A DNA stretch of 64,000 bases from Cyanobacteriota bacterium. Its GTDB lineage: Bacteria > Cyanobacteriota > Cyanobacteriia > Thermostichales > Thermostichaceae. The position numbers and the translations under genes were made by a program. The stretch is taken from assembly GCA_033764955.1 (NCBI GenBank), contig JANRIL010000017.1:1-64000 (forward strand). Reading direction: 5' to 3'. This document shows positions 58,512 to 64,000 of this stretch, piece after piece (the first letter of the stretch is position 1; each line of letters starts with the position of its first letter). A model generated the notes under the pieces. That model worked only from the letters and a program-made list of their open reading frames with translations. It searched no databases and had not been told where the DNA came from.

Positions 58512-58793
58512 TCTCTCCCTCCTACACACCCTCCACCACTACCCCAAGAGTAGCTATCTGTGATTAACCCACATCCCTAGAGATCCAACCACAGTGAAAC
58601 CGCGATCTTGCCCGATCATTTGTGGCACTTACCCACCTTGTTGAGGAGTAATCCAGGATACCGGGGTGCTACCCTCCGTCAATAGGATTGAATGGCTCCA
58701 CGGTCAGCCTATGGGGGATCCCAATCCTTCAGCCGGGAGGAATCCAGCTATACTGCTTAATGTTGCAAACCTTGAACCTGGGAGGCGGCGCTC

Positions 58794-59978
58794 ATGCCGA
58801 TGATCGAAACCCGAGCTGACCGGATGGTGCTCAACTTTGGGCCCCATCATCCTTCCATGCATGGCGTACTAAGACTGTTGGTAACCCTAGACGGCGAAAA
58901 TGTCATGGATTGTGAGCCGGTGCTGGGCTATCTGCATCGTGGCATGGAAAAAATCGCTGAGAACCGTACCGTGGTGCAGTATCTTCCCTACGTCTCCCGC
59001 TGGGATTATGGGGCAGGCATGTTTAACGAAGCCATCACCGTCAACGCCACTGAAAAATTAGCCGATGTGACGGTGCCCCGCCGAGCCAGCTATCTACGGG
59101 TGATCATGCTGGAATTGACCCGCGTCATTAATCACCTCCTCTGGTTTGGCCCTTTTTTGGCGGATTTGGGAGCGCAGACTCCCTTTTTCTATGCGATGCG
59201 CGAACGGGAAATGGTGCTGGATTTGTTTGAGGCGGTCACAGGCATGCGCCTGATTAACAACAATTACTTTCGCGTCGGGGGAGTGGCGGTTGATTTGCCC
59301 TATGGCTGGGTAGATAAATGCCAAGAATTTTGTGAATACTTTCTGCCCAAAGTGGATGAATATGAGCGACTGGTGACTAACAACCCCATCTTTCGCCGCC
59401 GCCTGGAAGGCGTGGGCACGATCAGTCGGCAGGATGCTATCAACTGGGGTTTGTCGGGTCCAATGCTGCGGGCTTCGGGGGTAAAGTGGGATCTGCGAAA
59501 AGTGGATCACTACGAGTGTTATGACGACTTTGATTTTGAGGTGGCCTGGGATCCGGCTGGTGACACGATTGCCCGCTATCGAGTCCGCATGAAAGAAATG
59601 CGCGAATCCTGCAAGATTGTTATGCAAGCACTCAAGGGGTTACCGGGGGGATCCTTTGAGAATCTGGAGGCTAAGCGGATGTTTGAAGGCCCTAAATCCG
59701 AATGGAACGGCTCTGATTATCAATTCATTAGCAAAAAGACCTCCCCCAACTTCAAGATCCCTAAGGGAGAGAATTATGTGCGGGTGGAAAGTGCCAAAGG
59801 GGAGTTGGGAATTTATTTGGTCGGAGAAGACAACACCGTGCCCTGGCGTTGGAAGATTCGGCCACCAGGTTTTATTAACCTCCAGGTGTTGCCACAGTTG
59901 GTGAGGGGGATGAAGGTAGCGGACATGATCGCCATTCTAGGGAGTATCGATATCATCATGGGGGAAGTTGACCGTTGA
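58794..59978 (+). CDS. ndhH: NAD(P)H-quinone oxidoreductase subunit H
   Basis: [36 protein letters not shown]. Confidence 0.98.
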   Translation: MPMIETRADRMVLNFGPHHPSMHGVLRLLVTLDGENVMDCEPVLGYLHRGMEKIAENRTVVQYLPYVSRWDYGAGMFNEAITVNATEKLADVTVPRRASYLRVIMLELTRVINHLLWFGPFLADLGAQTPFFYAMREREMVLDLFEAVTGMRLINNNYFRVGGVAVDLPYGWVDKCQEFCEYFLPKVDEYERLVTNNPIFRRRLEGVGTISRQDAINWGLSGPMLRASGVKWDLRKVDHYECYDDFDFEVAWDPAGDTIARYRVRMKEMRESCKIVMQALKGLPGGSFENLEAKRMFEGPKSEWNGSDYQFISKKTSPNFKIPKGENYVRVESAKGELGIYLVGEDNTVPWRWKIRPPGFINLQVLPQLVRGMKVADMIAILGSIDIIMGEVDR

Positions 59979-60006
59979 TACCGCGATAACGAGGCGAGGA
60001 GGAACG

Positions 60007-60222
60007 ATGGAAATCCTCTGGGGAACCATCCTGATGATGGCAATGATTGGGGCGGGGGTGATGATTTTGCTGCGGGTACGGCGATCGATGGGTTTGGATC
60101 CGACCGCCAGCCGTGAGGAAGAAGTCCGGGAAGCCCAATTCCGCGCCATTCTAGAAACAGAAAAAGCGCGGATGCGAAAGCCACAAACCAATGGGAGTCA
60201 GCAGGGTGAAAAAAACATTTGA
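60007..60222 (+). CDS. 71 aa single-TM protein between ndhH and ndhA
   Basis: GAGGAGG RBS; MEILWGTILMMAMIGAGVMILLRVRR followed by a charged helix. Confidence 0.7.
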   Translation: MEILWGTILMMAMIGAGVMILLRVRRSMGLDPTASREEEVREAQFRAILETEKARMRKPQTNGSQQGEKNI

Positions 60223-60299
60223 CCATTTGATTTGATGGATGGCCAGGGATCCAGAACAGGGATCCCAACAAACTGACCTGACAGGAGTTGAGAATCCAC

Positions 60300-61418
60300 A
60301 TGATTTCTGGAATTGACCTGCAAAAAAGCTTTGTCGAAGGACTGACCGGCTTGGGAGTTGCCCCTGAAATAGCCCATGCCCTCTGGCTGCCCCTGCCCAT
60401 GCTCCTGTTGATCATTGCCGCTACGGTTGGTGTGATGGTGCTGACCTGGTTGGAGCGCAAAATCTCGGCGGCGGCACAACAGCGGATTGGCCCGACGATG
60501 GCGGGTCCACAGGGATTATTGTTGCCCTTGGCCGACGGACTGAAGTTGCTCACCAAGGAAGATATTTTTCCGATTGCTTCGGATCCGGTTTTGTTTACAC
60601 TGGGGCCTATTCTGGTTTTTTTGCCTGTTTTTCTCTCCTATTTAGTCGTGCCGTTTGGTCAAAATTTGTTGATTTCCAACTTGGCGATTGGGGTATTTTT
60701 TCTGATTGCCACTTCTAGCATTCAACCGATTGGACTGTTAATGGCAGGGTATGGATCCAACAACAAATATTCCCTACTGGGAGGTCTGCGGGCGGCGGCA
60801 CAGTCAATTAGCTATGAGTTGCCCCTAGCGTTGTCGGTGTTGGCGATTGTCCTGATGAGCAACGGCTTGGATACCGTGGGGATTGTTGAGCAGCAGAGTG
60901 GTTTGGGCATCCTCTCCTGGAATGTCTGGCGGCAACCGATTGGCTTTGTCATCTTTTTGATCTCTGCTTTAGCGGAAACGGAGCGGATCCCCTTTGATTT
61001 GCCGGAAGCAGAAGAAGAATTGGTGGCTGGCTATCAAACGGAATATTCGGGAATGAAGTTTGCCCTGTTTTATTTGGGATCCTATGCCAATTTGTTGTTG
61101 GGATCCCTGTTGGCAGCGGTGCTTTATTTGGGGGGGTGGTCATTTATCGTGCCTGTGGAAATGGTGGCAGATGGCTTGGGGATTTCCCTTCAGGATCCCC
61201 TTCTGCAAGTTTTGATGGCAACCCTGGGCATTGTCATGACCTTGATCAAAGCATTTATTTTTGTATTTTTAGCCATCATTATTCGTTGGACATTACCACG
61301 AGTTCGCATTGATCAACTCTTGGATCTGGGTTGGAAATTTTTGTTGCCCATATCCTTTGTGAATTTGTTGCTAACCGCCGCATTAAAACTGGCTTTTCCT
61401 GCCTTTTTCGGGGGATAA
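60300..61418 (+). CDS. ndhA: NAD(P)H-quinone oxidoreductase subunit 1
   Basis: [54 protein letters not shown]. Confidence 0.98.
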   Translation: MISGIDLQKSFVEGLTGLGVAPEIAHALWLPLPMLLLIIAATVGVMVLTWLERKISAAAQQRIGPTMAGPQGLLLPLADGLKLLTKEDIFPIASDPVLFTLGPILVFLPVFLSYLVVPFGQNLLISNLAIGVFFLIATSSIQPIGLLMAGYGSNNKYSLLGGLRAAAQSISYELPLALSVLAIVLMSNGLDTVGIVEQQSGLGILSWNVWRQPIGFVIFLISALAETERIPFDLPEAEEELVAGYQTEYSGMKFALFYLGSYANLLLGSLLAAVLYLGGWSFIVPVEMVADGLGISLQDPLLQVLMATLGIVMTLIKAFIFVFLAIIIRWTLPRVRIDQLLDLGWKFLLPISFVNLLLTAALKLAFPAFFGG

Positions 61419-61502
61419 CGGGATCCCTAATCTATGGGGAACCATGAATGTCTGTGCTGAGTGAGCAGATCAGGGTAAAAAACTGACAAGAGGAGATAAA
61501 CG

Positions 61503-62129
61503 ATGAGTTTCTTGCAAAAAGTCGGTGACTATATCAAAGACGCACGAGATGCCGCCAAATATATTGGTCAAGGCTTGGGTGTTGTCTTTGATCACATGGG
61601 TCGTCGTCCGGTGACGGTGCAATATCCCTTTGAAAAGATGATTCCCTCCGAGCGTTTTCGAGGGCGGATTCACTTTGAATTTGATAAGTGTATTGCCTGT
61701 GAAGTGTGTGTACGAGTTTGCCCGATTGATTTACCCGTTGTGGATTGGGCTTATAACCCTGACCTCAAGAAGAAAGAACTCTATAGCTACAGCATTGATT
61801 TCGGGGTTTGCATTTTTTGTGCCAATTGTGTGGAGTTTTGTCCCACCAATTGCTTGTCGGTAACGGAAGATTATGAGTTAGCCGCCTATGACCGCCATGA
61901 GTTGAATTATCACCAAGCCGCCCTGGGGCGGCTTCCCTCCAAGGTCTCCGACGATCCGATGGTCACTCCGATGCGCGGGTTTGCCTATCTGCCCACAGGT
62001 GTAGTAGATCCCCACGATTTGCCCGCGGGATCCCAGCGGGTTGGCAAGCGTCCTGAAGAAATTCTGGAAGCCATGCGGGCAGCCAAAGCAGCCAAAGAGA
62101 AGGGCACCGCACCGGTGACGGCTGAATAG
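61503..62129 (+). CDS. ndhI: NAD(P)H-quinone oxidoreductase subunit I
   Basis: [30 protein letters not shown]. Confidence 0.98.
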   Translation: MSFLQKVGDYIKDARDAAKYIGQGLGVVFDHMGRRPVTVQYPFEKMIPSERFRGRIHFEFDKCIACEVCVRVCPIDLPVVDWAYNPDLKKKELYSYSIDFGVCIFCANCVEFCPTNCLSVTEDYELAAYDRHELNYHQAALGRLPSKVSDDPMVTPMRGFAYLPTGVVDPHDLPAGSQRVGKRPEEILEAMRAAKAAKEKGTAPVTAE

Positions 62130-62141
62130 CTAGCGGCGGTC

Positions 62142-62732
62142 ATGAACACCCCCACTCATCTGGTGATCAATGCTGCCCTCAACAAGCGGTTTGCGAACTG
62201 GACAATCATCAAATCGGCTTGGCTGCTGGGATCCGTAGCTCCCGATATCCCCCTCTACCTCTTAAGCTTGGGAGGCTGGGTCTACTATCACCAGATGTTG
62301 GGGTGGTCGGGGCGCGAGACCTTCCGCCATATGTTCGATCATCTTTTTTTTCAAGATCCCTTCTGGATAGCTAGCCATAACCTGCTGCATTCCCCCACCC
62401 TACTCATCCTGGCATTGTTGATAATCAGAGTTAGGCAGGGGATCGAGAAAAGCCTCAACGATTGGGGGTGGTGGTTTTTCTGGGGATGTTTGGTGCATAC
62501 GGCGGTGGATATCCCCGTCCATGTCAACGATGGCCCGCTTCTATTTTTTCCGTTTAACTGGACAATTCGGTTTTATGCCCCCGTTAGCTATTGGGATGAG
62601 GATCATTTTGGCCGGGAAGTCAGCCTGGTTGAGTTGATCCTCGATCTCGCCCTATTGGTCTATTGCTGGCTGCCTTTCCTGCAGCGGGGCTGGTTCCGAT
62701 GGCGGGGCAACAATCGGGATCCCTCAGCCTAG
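62142..62732 (+). CDS. Membrane-bound metal-dependent hydrolase (YdjM-like)
   Basis: MNTPTH, GSVAPD, LHSP, HTAVDIPVHVNDG, PVSYWD. Confidence 0.8.
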   Translation: MNTPTHLVINAALNKRFANWTIIKSAWLLGSVAPDIPLYLLSLGGWVYYHQMLGWSGRETFRHMFDHLFFQDPFWIASHNLLHSPTLLILALLIIRVRQGIEKSLNDWGWWFFWGCLVHTAVDIPVHVNDGPLLFFPFNWTIRFYAPVSYWDEDHFGREVSLVELILDLALLVYCWLPFLQRGWFRWRGNNRDPSA

Positions 62733-62910
62733 ATTGCGATAGCTTCTGACTGGATTTGGGATTGATCCAGTGAGTGGGTTCAAACCAATCGGGGATCGGC
62801 AAGACTTCTGAATGAGAAATAATCCCACAAAAGGCATTACATTGAAATGGAGTTAAGTGAGCGCCCTTTAGGGAATTTGTGACCATTTGCCAACAGGGAG
62901 GAAGGATCCG

Positions 62911-63513
62911 GTGACTTTATCAGAAATTGTGCAACTGCTGTGTTTTGGAGTTCTCAGCCTGACAGCCATTGGCTTTGCGCTGGGGGTTGTCTTAGCTCCC
63001 AGCATTGTTTATTCGGGTTTTTTGCTGGGGGGAGTCTTTTTGAGCATGGCCGGACTCTATCTCTTGCTCAACGCCGATTTTGTGGCAGCCGCTCAGGTGC
63101 TGATCTATGTCGGGGCAGTCAATGTTTTGATTCTGTTTGCCATCATGTTAGTGAATCGCCGTTATAATTTTGCCCCGATCAAATTGGGCTGGTTACGGAA
63201 TGGAGTGACCGCCGCTGTTTGTTTGGGACTATTGGCTTTATTGGCGGTGATGATTGCTGAAACCCCTTGGCCTCTGCAACCCATTCAAGCAGTGAATAGT
63301 ATTTTGTTGATGGGCGGGCACTTCTTTAGCGACTATTTGCTGCCCTTTGAGGTGGCTTCTGTCTTACTGTTGATGGCTCTGATTGGGGCGATTGTGCTGG
63401 CTCGCCGCGAGTTTGTGGCAGATCCGTTGCCAGAAGAGGGGACGGGAGATTTGAGTTTGCTGGAACGTTCTCGTCCGCAAATTCCGGTGGGTGTTGGTTC
63501 GTCAGATAAGTGA
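62911..63513 (+). CDS. ndhG: NAD(P)H-quinone oxidoreductase subunit 6
   Basis: SIVYSGFLL, ADFVAAAQVLIYVGAVNVLILFAIML, LPFEVASVLLL. Confidence 0.97.
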   Translation: MTLSEIVQLLCFGVLSLTAIGFALGVVLAPSIVYSGFLLGGVFLSMAGLYLLLNADFVAAAQVLIYVGAVNVLILFAIMLVNRRYNFAPIKLGWLRNGVTAAVCLGLLALLAVMIAETPWPLQPIQAVNSILLMGGHFFSDYLLPFEVASVLLLMALIGAIVLARREFVADPLPEEGTGDLSLLERSRPQIPVGVGSSDK

Positions 63514-63568
63514 CCCTGATCTAGTGCCCCACTAGGGATCCCATTTATATTTTCAGGAGCCAGTTTTT

Positions 63569-63877
63569 ATGATTCAACTGTCATTTTTTCTTTGGGTTGC
63601 CGCCATCTTGTTTTGCATTGGAATTTATGGCTTGATTGTCAGTCGTAACGCGATTCGGGTTTTGATGTCGATTGAGTTAATGCTGAATGCCGTCAACCTC
63701 AACTTCATGGCCTTCTCTAACTTTCTTGACTCCGGTTTGATTCGCGGACAGGTCTTTTCCGTCTTTGTGATTACCGTAGCGGCGGCGGAAGCGGCGGTCG
63801 GCTTGGCGATTGTTTTGGGGATTTATCGCAACCGCTCCACCATTGATATGGAAAGCTTTAACCTGCTCAAGTGGTAG
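63569..63877 (+). CDS. ndhE: NAD(P)H-quinone oxidoreductase subunit 4L
   Basis: [37 protein letters not shown]. Confidence 0.98.
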   Translation: MIQLSFFLWVAAILFCIGIYGLIVSRNAIRVLMSIELMLNAVNLNFMAFSNFLDSGLIRGQVFSVFVITVAAAEAAVGLAIVLGIYRNRSTIDMESFNLLKW

Positions 63878-64000
63878 TGGGTGAAGCGGCATGAAGGGAG
63901 GGAGGGGATCGGTGAGGAGCAATGCCGATTCAGACTCGCAGCTTGCCATAACTCCGTGGCAAAATGGGGGAGTCTTTAGGATAGGCTCCCTGATTAGCTG

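Larger units (their letters stand above)
1..64000. repeat. Highly iterated palindrome GGGATCCC (HIP1 variant), dispersed
   Basis: Many dozens of copies in genes and intergenic DNA, e.g. 7085, 21124, 21142, 49904, 49921; not counted exactly. Confidence 0.9.

Noticed and set aside
58555..58575. TGTGATTAACCCACA as a CRP site
   Set aside because: Spacing is one base short of TGTGA-N6-TCACA
59813..60556. 247 aa - strand ORF across ndhH/ndhA
   Set aside because: Antisense to real genes; no recognisable features

Overview
A 64 kb stretch of cyanobacterial chromosome. It carries psbB/psbT/psbM, ndhH-A-I-G-E, ycf54, ycf66, pdhB, guaA, rimP-nusA, lysS, ftsH and pyrE. The octamer GGGATCCC, not canonical HIP1 GCGATCGC, is iterated throughout, which suggests a Thermostichus / Yellowstone Synechococcus JA-type lineage (inference). 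Most of the window is housekeeping. The accessory signals are: (1) an integron-type cassette array with no integrase in the window (about 45262-47700), with three attC sites separating an NYN/PIN-like RNase cassette and a serine hydrolase cassette; (2) a 210 bp ORF-less IS200/IS605-type element (12984-13193) that keeps a TTAC target, a left end, a sigma70 promoter and a TnpB-type right end, so it may be a stand-alone omegaRNA unit, and it abuts a truncated mauE-like gene; (3) an orphan BrxD/DUF2791-like ATPase; (4) a PirA-like fusion gene behind a perfect NtcA box; (5) several small ORFs missing from the ORF track, including psbT and psbM, with psbM almost fully overlapped antisense by a CHAD gene. 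I recognised no rRNA, tRNA or CRISPR array. All family calls come from motif recognition by eye, not from database searches.
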